Positions 54,189 to 63,050 of a stretch of 64,000 bases of DNA are shown here, piece after piece (position 1 is the first letter of the stretch; each line of letters starts with the position of its first letter). The stretch is from a bacterium (lineage in GTDB: Bacteria; Zhuqueibacterota; Zhuqueibacteria; Residuimicrobiales; Krinioviventaceae). A program made the translations under genes and the position numbers. The stretch covers positions 2,144,001 to 2,208,000 of the forward strand of contig CAXXMD010000002.1 in the NCBI GenBank assembly GCA_963675755.2, in the 5' to 3' direction. The notes under the pieces are model-generated. The model saw nothing but the letters and a program-made list of their open reading frames with translations, did not search any database and had not been told where the DNA came from.

Positions 54189-54217
54189 GTAGAGAACGGT
54201 CTGAGACCGTTCCCTAC
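54189..54217. repeat. GTAG-type REP-like palindrome
   Basis: GTAGAGAACGGTCTGAGACCGTTCCCTAC (GTAG...CTAC ends). Confidence 0.65.
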
Positions 54218-54249
54218 ACGAATTATACATCGTGCATCCGCCAATTTCA

Positions 54250-54278
54250 CTCCCGCCCAAATTGAATTTGGGTGGGAG
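54250..54278. repeat. Hairpin CTCCCGCCCAAATT-G-AATTTGGGTGGGAG
   Basis: 14-bp inverted repeat with one mismatch; REP-like or terminator-like. Confidence 0.5.
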
Positions 54279-54359
54279 ATTCTGTGAATCAATATTATAA
54301 CCACTCGCTATACTTGATGCAACCGCCAGTGGGCAGTCTATACTGCGTCCCAAACTCCG

Positions 54360-54510
54360 TAGCCTGTGTGAAAACTAAAAAATTATACTTTTTGGAGTGC
54401 AGCGCCTTTATGCGATGCGTCAGGTCGGAGGTCCGATTTAGATTAGACTTTATTGTCCAATTATTTATACCAAAGTAACATGATAAGTTCAATATTAGTA
54501 TATAAATATA
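54360..54510 (+). mobile_element. Truncated copy of the 280-bp MITE
   Basis: Starts TAGCCTGTGTGAAAA right after CGTCCCAAACTCCG and is colinear with 56544-56698. The right end is missing. Confidence 0.65.
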
Positions 54511-54512
54511 CT

Positions 54513-54565
54513 GCGTCCCAAACTCCGGTTTGGGACGCCAATGATTACGCGAAACTCTGTTTCGC
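54513..54565. repeat. Double-hairpin REP-like element, family C
   Basis: GCGTCCCAAACTCCGGTTTGGGACGC plus GCGAAACTCTGTTTCGC. An interrupted copy lies at 56530-56858. Confidence 0.75.
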
Positions 54566-54634
54566 AATACTAACCTTTACCTGATATTGTAGACACACCG
54601 AAAAGTTCGTATATTACAACAATGGAGGTGTGTT

Positions 54635-54937
54635 ATGAATGAACGAAAACCAAGACGCTCATTTAGTACGGAATTTAAGGTCAAAACAGTTAAATTGATC
54701 ATCGATGGGCAAAGGCCATTAAAAGCAGTTGCCCGAGAACTTGGAATAAATCCTTCAACACTTCGCAATTGGAAAAGAGAGTACCTTCAAGATGAAGAAA
54801 ATGCTTTTCCAGGCAAAGGACATTTGAAGCCTGCTGATCAGGAACTACGTGATCTCAAAAAGAAACTCGTTGACCTCGAAGAGGAGAACGAAATCTTAAA
54901 AAAAGCAATCAGCATCTTCTCCAAACTGCCGAAATGA
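54635..54937 (+). CDS. IS3-family transposase OrfA
   Basis: HTH VARELGINPSTLRNW and ENEILKKA with an A7G slippery site at 54898-54905. Confidence 0.92.
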   Translation: MNERKPRRSFSTEFKVKTVKLIIDGQRPLKAVARELGINPSTLRNWKREYLQDEENAFPGKGHLKPADQELRDLKKKLVDLEEENEILKKAISIFSKLPK

Positions 54938-55815
54938 AATGTGAATTCATTTTTCTGCACCGCTCCAGATTTCGGCTGCAGAAGATGTGTGAAGCTTTTA
55001 AAGTATCCCGGAGCGGATATTATGCCTGGCGAAGACGCGGATCCAGTCAGCGCGAACTTGAAAATGAAAAATTACTCAAACTCATTAAACAGGTTCATGA
55101 GCAAAGTCGATATATTTACGGCAGTCCGCGAATTACAGCCGAGCTTAAAGCAATGAATAACAATTGCAGCAAAAACCGTGTTGCTCGCTTGATGCGTGAG
55201 AATGATATACGTTCTAAAGTTAAGAAAAAATATAAGGCTACGACATATTCAAAACACCGGTTTCGTGTTGCCGCAAATTTGCTAAACCAAAACTTTCATG
55301 CTGAACGGCCGGATCAGATTTGGCTGTCAGACATTACATATATCAAAGTCCAGAAGCAGTGGATGTATCTTGTAGCCATTATGGATTTGTTTTCCAGACA
55401 GATCATTAGCTGGCACTTAAGTCGTGATCTATCTTTGGACTTTGTGTTAAAGTCACTAAAAGATGCTGTTGCCAAACGAAAACCCGAAAAAGGGTTGATC
55501 TTTCATTCCGATCGCGGCATCCAGTATGCAAGTATTGAAGTAAAAGCATTTTTGAAAGAACAGGGTATTGTTCAAAGTATGAGTCGCAAAGGTGACTGTT
55601 ATGATAATGCCGTTATGGAATCTTTTTTTGGTACATTCAAATCTGAGTTTTATTCTTTTGAACGATTTGAATCCTTTCAGGATGCTGAACAAAAAATCTT
55701 TGATTATATTGACATCTTTTATAATTATAAACGGCTTCATTCAAGTTTGGATTATTTGTCACCTATTAACTTTGAAAACCAATTTAATCAAAAACGAGCT
55801 TTTCTTTGTGTCTAA
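54934..55815 (+). CDS. IS3-family transposase OrfB (DDE integrase core)
   Basis: YGSPRI, WLSDITY, HSDRG and DNAVMESFF. Lies in the -1 frame relative to orfA. Confidence 0.95.
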   Translation: MKCEFIFLHRSRFRLQKMCEAFKVSRSGYYAWRRRGSSQRELENEKLLKLIKQVHEQSRYIYGSPRITAELKAMNNNCSKNRVARLMRENDIRSKVKKKYKATTYSKHRFRVAANLLNQNFHAERPDQIWLSDITYIKVQKQWMYLVAIMDLFSRQIISWHLSRDLSLDFVLKSLKDAVAKRKPEKGLIFHSDRGIQYASIEVKAFLKEQGIVQSMSRKGDCYDNAVMESFFGTFKSEFYSFERFESFQDAEQKIFDYIDIFYNYKRLHSSLDYLSPINFENQFNQKRAFLCV

Positions 55816-55870
55816 TTTTTCGGGTAAAGCTCAATACTGCTCAAGCAATTTAAGTATTACACCTAAAATA

Positions 55871-55894
55871 AACCGCCCTCTTCGTTCGATAAAC
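55871..55894 (+). repeat. GxxExxY-associated arm, degenerate (family D)
   Basis: AACCGCCCTCTTCGTTCGATAAAC. Confidence 0.65.
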
Positions 55895-55952
55895 GCGGTC
55901 TATAGCGTTCTCAATTTTTTAAAATGAATTGCTTTAAAGCATATCACGTCAT

Positions 55953-56462
55953 CTACTTGTCCATAGCAACATTAAAAACCTTTTCAATCAATTCTCTTTC
56001 CCGTTTCTCAAATAATTCCGGGATATCTTTTGATACGACATTTTTTTGCTGAAAAATAATTTTTGATTTCCCCGATAAAGATGAATAGACTTTGATAAAT
56101 ATATCATAAATATCTTTGGTTGGCAGGTTATCATCAGCATATTTTATTTCCAGCCGGGACATGATAAATGTATTCGCTCCCAATACGGTTTCAATAGGGG
56201 AACAATATTTTCTGTTAAATATGTAATACGGCTTTACATCATTCTTCATCAACTTTGTCAAATCATATTTTAAATAATTATCCGGATAATTTTCTTTAAA
56301 ATATTGCTCAACTTTTGCAAGCAATAATGGCGTTCCACCCCGATGATCATATCCTTCAGCAACATCCTGGCTTAGGAAGACAATCTTTATCTGCAATGAA
56401 TCAATCTCTTGCGAAAAAGCATGTATCGTAAAGCAAAAAAACAATACACATATTCTATTCAT
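55953..56462 (-). CDS. Hypothetical secreted protein
   Basis: Signal-peptide-like MNRICVLFFCFTIHAFS after AAAGGA. No recognised domain. Confidence 0.6.
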   Translation of the reverse strand: MNRICVLFFCFTIHAFSQEIDSLQIKIVFLSQDVAEGYDHRGGTPLLLAKVEQYFKENYPDNYLKYDLTKLMKNDVKPYYIFNRKYCSPIETVLGANTFIMSRLEIKYADDNLPTKDIYDIFIKVYSSLSGKSKIIFQQKNVVSKDIPELFEKRERELIEKVFNVAMDK

Positions 56463-56543
56463 TATCAAATATCCTTTTACTCCCGAGCTTTTTGTACTTG
56501 GTTTGGGGATTAAAAAAAGTTTTACACATCGTCCCAAACTCCG

Positions 56544-56823
56544 CAGGTTGTGTAAAAAACAAGAAAAATTGTTATGTTTTTGGAGTGCATCGCCTTTATG
56601 CGATGCGTCGGGCCGAAGGTCCGATTTAAACCCACCTGCTTTTCAAATATTATAGATTTATTATTGTGATGTAAGTTCAACATTATTATGCAAATATAGT
56701 TAAATAGAGGCCGTCTCCGACGGCCCGCATTACATAAAGGTAATGCACTCCACGTCTTTTTTAAATTTTGCTCATAAATGTAATTTTATTTGTTTAAAAT
56801 TTAATTCATTTTCACACAGTCTG
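56544..56823 (+). mobile_element. 280-bp non-coding MITE inserted into a family C hairpin
   Basis: TIRs CAGGTTGTGTAAAAA / TTTTCACACAGTCTG (12/15 match) and TCCG duplicated on both sides. Removing it restores CGTCCCAAACTCCGATTTGGGACG. Confidence 0.8.
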
Positions 56824-56879
56824 TCCGATTTGGGACGCAATTGATAACGCGAAACTCTTACCATATAATAAATATAGAG

Positions 56880-58085
56880 TTATTTTCCCCACTCTTCCGG
56901 TACCACCGCAATACACACATCAGGATTCCCAAACCTGTTCGAGCTAAACTCTACCATCGTTCCGTTCAAATCCCAACCCGCATGCGGATGCGCGCCCTTG
57001 CCATAAGTCCTGTGACCCGTTGCCAAAATCTTTCGCTCGGTGGTTTTGGCATTGAACAAGGTAACAATACCATGCCAATTATCAGCAACTACCCATTTGC
57101 CATCAGGACTGCCAGACGCGTGCCACCAGTTTTCCTGAGCAATCTCTGAGGGCGTGCCTCCTTCCCACCAGGCACCGGGACCGATCACCCGTATTTCTCC
57201 CGTTTTCAGATCCAACACTTTGACATGCCCGTCTTCACTCGAGCCATCGCTGTTAAAACTGCCGATAAATGTAATCTGATCATTCACCCACCAGCATTCA
57301 TGTGTGACGAGTTCACCGGGTACCTGCTCAAACGCTGGGACAGGTACATGTGTATTTATATTCAAAAACCACAACCGAACATGCGCCGGTTCGTTCTTGT
57401 CCATAGGTGCTCTGTCACTGCCATAATTCCGACAAAAGGACAATACATCCGGTCTCTGTTTGTGGAACTGTAAATGCCCGATGTTAAAATCCACTTGCCC
57501 CGCCAATGCAACCTCTCCCGTTGCCAAATTGTATGTAGAAATAAAAGCTTTACTCTCGTTACCATATGCAAAGGCCAAAAGGCTTGCATCACTGTTTTCA
57601 GATAGACCTGTCAACTGTTTATATTTTTGTGGATACTCGGTCAGTTTTTTCTCAGTTACCTTGACAGATGTTTTCCCAGTGGTCACAATATCCAGTTTCC
57701 ATTCGTAAATAACTTTATCTCTTACCACATAAAGACGGTCCCCTTTGATTGAAGCATAAGGTGTAGCCGATTTCAGTTCATGCATTGAATCTAATCGTAC
57801 CAGCTCACCCGTATCCAGCAGATACGCCATAATATCTTGAGAACCAAACCGGTCCGAGTTGAACAACATCATCTTGTTATTGTGTAAAAAACAACGATCG
57901 TGGAAATAAAGATTCACATCCGATGCAGGATTAGATGTCACAAAAATCGTTTTGGCACCACTTTTCGCATCAAGTTCTACCTTGTGCTCAGGGGGTAAAA
58001 TTTCACAATTCCAGCTCGATTGAGATAATAAAATGGTGGGAACAAACAGCAAAAGGATCAAACAGCTTTTCAATTTCGCGTCCAT
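56880..58085 (-). CDS. Oligogalacturonate lyase-family (PL22-like) beta-propeller protein, secreted
   Basis: NLYFHDRCF, HLQF, THECWW, WWHA and HPHAGW motifs, with a signal peptide. Confidence 0.72.
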   Translation of the reverse strand: MDAKLKSCLILLLFVPTILLSQSSWNCEILPPEHKVELDAKSGAKTIFVTSNPASDVNLYFHDRCFLHNNKMMLFNSDRFGSQDIMAYLLDTGELVRLDSMHELKSATPYASIKGDRLYVVRDKVIYEWKLDIVTTGKTSVKVTEKKLTEYPQKYKQLTGLSENSDASLLAFAYGNESKAFISTYNLATGEVALAGQVDFNIGHLQFHKQRPDVLSFCRNYGSDRAPMDKNEPAHVRLWFLNINTHVPVPAFEQVPGELVTHECWWVNDQITFIGSFNSDGSSEDGHVKVLDLKTGEIRVIGPGAWWEGGTPSEIAQENWWHASGSPDGKWVVADNWHGIVTLFNAKTTERKILATGHRTYGKGAHPHAGWDLNGTMVEFSSNRFGNPDVCIAVVPEEWGK

Positions 58086-58255
58086 AACAGTCCTTTCGTT
58101 TTGCAAATAGTTTTAATGAGGATTTAACGCACTGCCAACATCAGCCATATTTAACGATAAGGAAAAATTTTCAGAATGCAAAGAAAATAAAAAAACAGAA
58201 AATAGTTTTCCCTATGAATTAATATGATTTATCTGCGTGGGTGAGATGCATTATA

Positions 58256-58299
58256 TTAACCGCCCGCTTCGCTCGATAAACACAGATGAACGCTGATTT
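58256..58299 (+). repeat. Family D left arm (10-bp period ACAGATAAAC)
   Basis: TTAACCGCCCGCTTCGCTCGATAAACACAGATGAACGCTGAT. Confidence 0.8.
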
Positions 58300-58302
58300 T
58301 CC

Positions 58303-58671
58303 TCAAAACCCGTTAACCATTCTCTTGATCTCAACTTTTGGATTACCAAAGTTGATGATCAAACCCACTTTGATGTTACAAGCCCTAAGATAATTCATCA
58401 ATTGAGCCTGATGTATATTGGAAATTTCTTTAACTGCTTTTAATTCTAATATTATTTTATTTTCAACAAACAAATCTGCAAAATATTCTCCAACAACTTG
58501 ATCACAATAAAAAACATTAATAGGTTTCTGCTGTTCAACCAATAAATTCTGCTTTTCCAATTCTATTCGGAAAGCATTCTCATAAACCTTTTCAAGGAAT
58601 CCCACTCCTAAAGTATTAGAAACCTGAAATGCAGCTGCAATTATGATTTCTGTAATATCATTTGTATACAT
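58303..58671 (-). CDS. GxxExxY protein (PD-(D/E)XK-like)
   Basis: GFLEKVY, ADLFVENKIILELK, AQLMNYL and GLIINFG motifs. Confidence 0.93.
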   Translation of the reverse strand: MYTNDITEIIIAAAFQVSNTLGVGFLEKVYENAFRIELEKQNLLVEQQKPINVFYCDQVVGEYFADLFVENKIILELKAVKEISNIHQAQLMNYLRACNIKVGLIINFGNPKVEIKRMVNGF

Positions 58672-58698
58672 TATACTCCCCTTGAGATATTTATGTTT

Positions 58699-58752
58699 TT
58701 ATCTGTGTTTATCTGCGCGTGTCCGACTATTGGCGGATTCATCTGTGGTTAA
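58699..58752 (-). repeat. Family D right arm, inverted relative to 58256-58299
   Basis: TTATCTGTGTTTATCTGCG...TTCATCTGTGGTTAA. Confidence 0.8.
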
Positions 58753-58852
58753 TTATTTAACCACTCACTCTGCTAGAGTTACTCAAACCCCAATTCCTAC
58801 TGTCTTAAAACGAAAAGCAATTCGTTCGTCCGCCACAAGCAAACACTATCGT

Positions 58853-60811
58853 TTAATCCAGCTCTCCCCAGTCCTCCAGGCGCCGCAATGTCTCCAGCCT
58901 GAATGCACCGGGCCATGCCACCAGCCAGTCATTCATCATACCGGGAAGCTCTTTGCCGTTCCAGCTCCAGTGGCTTTGCAAAAACGCTTCATTTTGTGAC
59001 CCAATTGGCCTAATTTTACCCTTAATCTCCATGGTCCCGTTCGAAATCATTTGTGTACCATTGTACCAGATTGCAAGTGCCTTTTCACGCCAGATATCAT
59101 CACCTGTTCTTTCAGCAAGATCAAGCCAGTCTTTGACCCAAAACAACGCATAAGGATCTAAATGATGGTGCTGCGTTGAAACACTTGTAGCGCCAAAGGT
59201 ATCGTAACCATATGTAACAAAATCACTTTCCGGAGAATATTGATCGGAATAGTGCCACATCCATGTGGAAAGATACCAGGATATCTGCTCAGCAGCATCA
59301 AGATATTTTTTATCTTTTGTTAGATCATAAAAAAGGATTGCAGATCGAAGCAGCGTCATGGACGATTCTTTATCAATACACCAGGTATCCAGCGCACCCG
59401 CAGTGGTGTATCCGTTCTTCTGCAGTTCTCCGAAATAAAAAGCAAAAGCGGCAGTTGCCGAAGAGAGAAACCGCTTGTCACTGGTAAGTTCATATGCCTT
59501 GACCATAGGAGCAATCAAAAACGCACCAATCGTCCCTACCCTGTATAGACATTCACCCTCTGGCGTCCAACCTTTTCCATAGCATCCGTTTTCCAGTTGA
59601 TCATTGACCATAAATTTACAGATATTCAAAGCAATTTCACGGTACTCCGGACGTTCAAATCCGCATTCAGCAGCCAGATCATGAGCTTCAAAATAATTGA
59701 GAGCAGCTGTACCCAAATTACAGGCATCCAATCGCTCTTCATTTTTGGTAATTCCCAGTATATAATCAAAATGAGTTTTAAAAAGACCGTTGGGCAATGG
59801 ACAATATTTTGCCCAGGTATCAAGACAGGTAATCGCTTTATCTTTCGACTCTTCATCACCGGTTTTCAAATAATTCACAAGCAGTGAATTTGACAGAGAT
59901 GCATTCTGTCCGCACCAGCCGATTTCATATTTCCATCCGGGTCTCTGTATCCATTTGTCATTTCTCCAAACAAGGCCAATGCTGAAACCTTGATACACGC
60001 CTTCCTCAGCCCAGAGATATTGTTTGGCATATTGAACACCATACTCCCAAACTTTATCGGGATCAAGTTTTGCATCGCGTTTTTTATCCGCAATCTCCCA
60101 GGCCTCACGCATAAAACCGGAAATACTTTTATGGTTTGGCTTGACTTTTTCAGCAACCAGAATCGCTTCTACCGTAAATGATTCACCGGGCTCTAAATGC
60201 AGATTGTCTCTATAACCGTCACCATATCCGTCCCGTTTAATATAGCTAACGGGTTGTTCTTCTTCAGGCCAGATCAATCGATGTGTGGTTCTGTGTTTTT
60301 CCGGCATCAATGAACAGGAAAAATGGCTACCCTTTTCCAATACACCCCATAGTGCAACTGCATAAGCATCACTCTCGGAATAGGTCGCACCCGGAATTGA
60401 AGTAGAGCGGCTTGAAAAGCTCCAAAAAGCACCCTCATGCTCAAAACCCTTGGGCTCCTTTCCCTTTCCCCATGTATTGCCGTTATAACTCACAGCCGGG
60501 ATCATATTATAGCTGGTAGGTAATTGATGAACAACATCCAGAGTCAATCGTACTGAATCCAAAGCCGTTTCACCCGTATTGGAAAATGTCCGGGTGATTT
60601 TGAAAACACCTGACTTGAGTGCTTCAATCCGGTCCGATGCAGTGATATTCTCATAATAAAAAGGGACCAGTAAACCCACGGTTTTGCCGGACTCGTACAG
60701 TGTCCAGCCATCCGGAGTTTGGTCCCACTTGTAAATATTGCCAGAATGCTGGCAGGCAATGAATGACAAACATATGATTAAAACAACAATGGCGAGCGGA
60801 TTGTTTTTCAT
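58853..60811 (-). CDS. Lipoprotein, probable carbohydrate-active (alpha/alpha)6-barrel protein of unknown family
   Basis: Lipobox SFIA-C, beta-rich N-terminus and helical repeats (KRFLSSA, KKYLDAAE, DIWREKA). Confidence 0.55.
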   Translation of the reverse strand: MKNNPLAIVVLIICLSFIACQHSGNIYKWDQTPDGWTLYESGKTVGLLVPFYYENITASDRIEALKSGVFKITRTFSNTGETALDSVRLTLDVVHQLPTSYNMIPAVSYNGNTWGKGKEPKGFEHEGAFWSFSSRSTSIPGATYSESDAYAVALWGVLEKGSHFSCSLMPEKHRTTHRLIWPEEEQPVSYIKRDGYGDGYRDNLHLEPGESFTVEAILVAEKVKPNHKSISGFMREAWEIADKKRDAKLDPDKVWEYGVQYAKQYLWAEEGVYQGFSIGLVWRNDKWIQRPGWKYEIGWCGQNASLSNSLLVNYLKTGDEESKDKAITCLDTWAKYCPLPNGLFKTHFDYILGITKNEERLDACNLGTAALNYFEAHDLAAECGFERPEYREIALNICKFMVNDQLENGCYGKGWTPEGECLYRVGTIGAFLIAPMVKAYELTSDKRFLSSATAAFAFYFGELQKNGYTTAGALDTWCIDKESSMTLLRSAILFYDLTKDKKYLDAAEQISWYLSTWMWHYSDQYSPESDFVTYGYDTFGATSVSTQHHHLDPYALFWVKDWLDLAERTGDDIWREKALAIWYNGTQMISNGTMEIKGKIRPIGSQNEAFLQSHWSWNGKELPGMMNDWLVAWPGAFRLETLRRLEDWGELD

Positions 60812-60913
60812 GGTTAATTGTTTCCTTAAAGACTGATCAGAGTATAATTGGAATTAAAATATACACATCGATCCTGAACAATTCAATAACAATAGCTCAA
60901 CACACTGTCAATT

Positions 60914-62287
60914 TTAATTTTTCCAGTTCTTTAACACATCAATTCCTTTTTCCAAAACAGGATCTTTACCATCAAAAACATCCTGACGAGTCTTTTGCAC
61001 AACAATATCAGGTTCAATCCCTTTGCCTACCCACTCTTTGCCGTCAGGATACAAGGTTTTCAAGGTAACAACTCTGAAATTGCCGCCACCGGGAAGCTGT
61101 ACACGATGCGGATTCCCGGTACTGCCGGCAGTTATTTCTCCCACAAGTACGGCCCGTTCTGTATAATCCAGAGGAATCAAAAAATCTTCAGCGGTACTGT
61201 AGGTTGAATGTCCTGTCAGAACCACCAACGGTCCGGAATACCGTTTGCCATCACGTGGCTGAATATATTCACTTCCCAAAAATCCGGTTTCCCATTCCGG
61301 TTCATTACCCCATGCAAGCAATGCGGGTACATACCTGGGCGACTTCCATATCATCGATTGTACAGGCTCATCAATGAATGCACCCAAAATGGGCCAGGCA
61401 TTTTGATCATTTCCACCCGGATTAAATCGAATATCCAGAACAATTCCCTTTACTGATGAGAGGTCCAATTCATCAAACAATTTCATAAATCCGGAAACCG
61501 TATTGTCACTGTCAAAATTGGCAATCTTAATATAGATCAATCCATCATTTAAAGCCTTCATCTCCACAGGAGGGTTGGCCATATACCATTCAAATAAACG
61601 TGTAAAATAAGGGGCCCCTGTTGAAGAGACTGAATTCCTCAACAAATCAATTGAACGGATTGTCCCATCCATATCTTTAACTTTTACCCACACTTGAGAA
61701 TCTTTGGGTCCACGCAATAGTTTATAGATATTGATGGCTTTATCCGCATGATCTGATCCTCTGGACTCGTATTTAACAACATGTGATTGATAATACGCTT
61801 CAACTGGCTGCCCATCAACCTCAACAATCTCCAATCCGGGATAAATATTATTTTGTTTTATATCCTCAGTTTCTTTAACGCGAGCGACAATATATTGATC
61901 ACCCAGAACCTGAACTTCCAAAGTCGGCCAGTCAAAAGCAGGATTAAAGGGCCCACCCGGTTTATTGACAGCAGTGTGCCCGTCTTTTAACAACGCAGCA
62001 AATTCGCACAGCACATCATAATATGCATCCATATCTTGAGCGGCTAAGGCTTTGGGAAGATATTCTTTATATTTTGCATCCCAATCCAAATCGGGACGTT
62101 GATCAAAAAAGGGGAAATTGTATTTTGCTTCGGCCCATACTATGGACAAGCCTGCGGCCTTTTGCTCAACGGTACCGGTCCAGGGTTCTGCAGATTGAGC
62201 AGCAACAAATTGAAATGTGATAAAAACGAGTAAACAGATAAAAAGGGAAATACCTGAGGGAAATCGAGAGTCATTCATACAAACCAT
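60914..62287 (-). CDS. S41-family peptidase
   Basis: PDZ-like segment, IVLDIRFNPGG, TYSTAEDF (catalytic Ser), VGEITAG and GIEPDI. Confidence 0.9.
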   Translation of the reverse strand: MVCMNDSRFPSGISLFICLLVFITFQFVAAQSAEPWTGTVEQKAAGLSIVWAEAKYNFPFFDQRPDLDWDAKYKEYLPKALAAQDMDAYYDVLCEFAALLKDGHTAVNKPGGPFNPAFDWPTLEVQVLGDQYIVARVKETEDIKQNNIYPGLEIVEVDGQPVEAYYQSHVVKYESRGSDHADKAINIYKLLRGPKDSQVWVKVKDMDGTIRSIDLLRNSVSSTGAPYFTRLFEWYMANPPVEMKALNDGLIYIKIANFDSDNTVSGFMKLFDELDLSSVKGIVLDIRFNPGGNDQNAWPILGAFIDEPVQSMIWKSPRYVPALLAWGNEPEWETGFLGSEYIQPRDGKRYSGPLVVLTGHSTYSTAEDFLIPLDYTERAVLVGEITAGSTGNPHRVQLPGGGNFRVVTLKTLYPDGKEWVGKGIEPDIVVQKTRQDVFDGKDPVLEKGIDVLKNWKN

Positions 62288-62514
62288 GCCTTTCTGTAAA
62301 TTTTACAACATCAAAAAGCACCAATCCTGTTAAAAGCTTTAAGTATTGATGCAAAGGTTTTACAACAAACCGGATGTTTTTTATTACGGAAAAGGTCCCT
62401 CAGGGTTTCATAGGTGAAAATTTTTATGATGCAGAAAAAGTATGTATAGATGGGATGACAGCAAAGCAATTTTCAGTCATCTTATTCCCCATTTTTTTCT
62501 CAAGTTAATTTAAT

Positions 62515-62568
62515 TTAACCGCCCGCTTTACTCGATAAATCCAATTGTACAGATAAGCTCAGATAAAG
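62515..62568 (+). repeat. Family D left arm
   Basis: TTAACCGCCCGCTTTACTCGATAAA...ACAGATAAGCTCAGATAAAG. Confidence 0.7.
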
Positions 62569-62587
62569 TCATATTGAAACGTTTTTT

Positions 62588-62959
62588 TCAGAATCCATTA
62601 ACCATTCGCTTGATCTCAACCTTTGGATTACCAAAGTTAATTATCAAACCCACTTGAATATTACAAGCCCTGAGATAATTCATTAATTGAGCATGATGGA
62701 TATGTATAATTTCTTTAACAGCCTTTAATTCTATTATTATCTTATTTTCTATAAATAAATCCGCAAAATATTCCCCTACAGGTTCAGAACCATAGAACAC
62801 TGTAATGGTTTTCTGCTGTTCAACCTTGAAGCCTTGCTTTTCCAATTCTATTCGCAAAGCATTTTCATAGACTTTTTCCAGAAAACCCGTTCCCAAAGTA
62901 TTAGAAACCTGATATGCAGCCGCAATAATTTTCTCTGTAATCTCGTTTGTTTTCACCAA
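62588..62959 (-). CDS. GxxExxY protein, paralog of 58303-58671
   Basis: Same motifs, about 20 substitutions in 120 aligned residues by manual count. Confidence 0.93.
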   Translation of the reverse strand: MVKTNEITEKIIAAAYQVSNTLGTGFLEKVYENALRIELEKQGFKVEQQKTITVFYGSEPVGEYFADLFIENKIIIELKAVKEIIHIHHAQLMNYLRACNIQVGLIINFGNPKVEIKRMVNGF

Positions 62960-63010
62960 ACACCCCCATGCTTCGTTTTCAAACTATCTACAACTAACTT
63001 TTATAAATAT

Positions 63011-63050
63011 AACCGCCCGCTTCGCTCGATAAACACAGATAAACGCAGAT
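63011..63050 (+). repeat. Family D left arm
   Basis: AACCGCCCGCTTCGCTCGATAAACACAGATAAACGCAGAT. Confidence 0.8.

Larger units (their letters stand above)
54571..55833 (+). mobile_element. Complete IS3-family insertion sequence (1263 bp)
   Basis: 26-bp imperfect IRs (TAACCTTTACCTGATATTGTAGACAC / GTGTCTAATTTTTCGGGTAAAGCTCA), 4-bp direct repeat ATAC at 54567-54570 and 55834-55837, and orfA/orfB. Confidence 0.93.

Noticed and set aside
54272-54567. ORFs 54272-54478 and 54295-54567
   Set aside because: They overlap MITE/REP sequence, and the internal peptide repeat EFGTQY just reflects the 21-bp DNA repeat.
55871-63050. Family D repeats as classical integron attC sites
   Set aside because: Only one of four ends matches GTTRRRY, no RYYYAAC inverse core with a proper stem was found, and there is no intI in the window.
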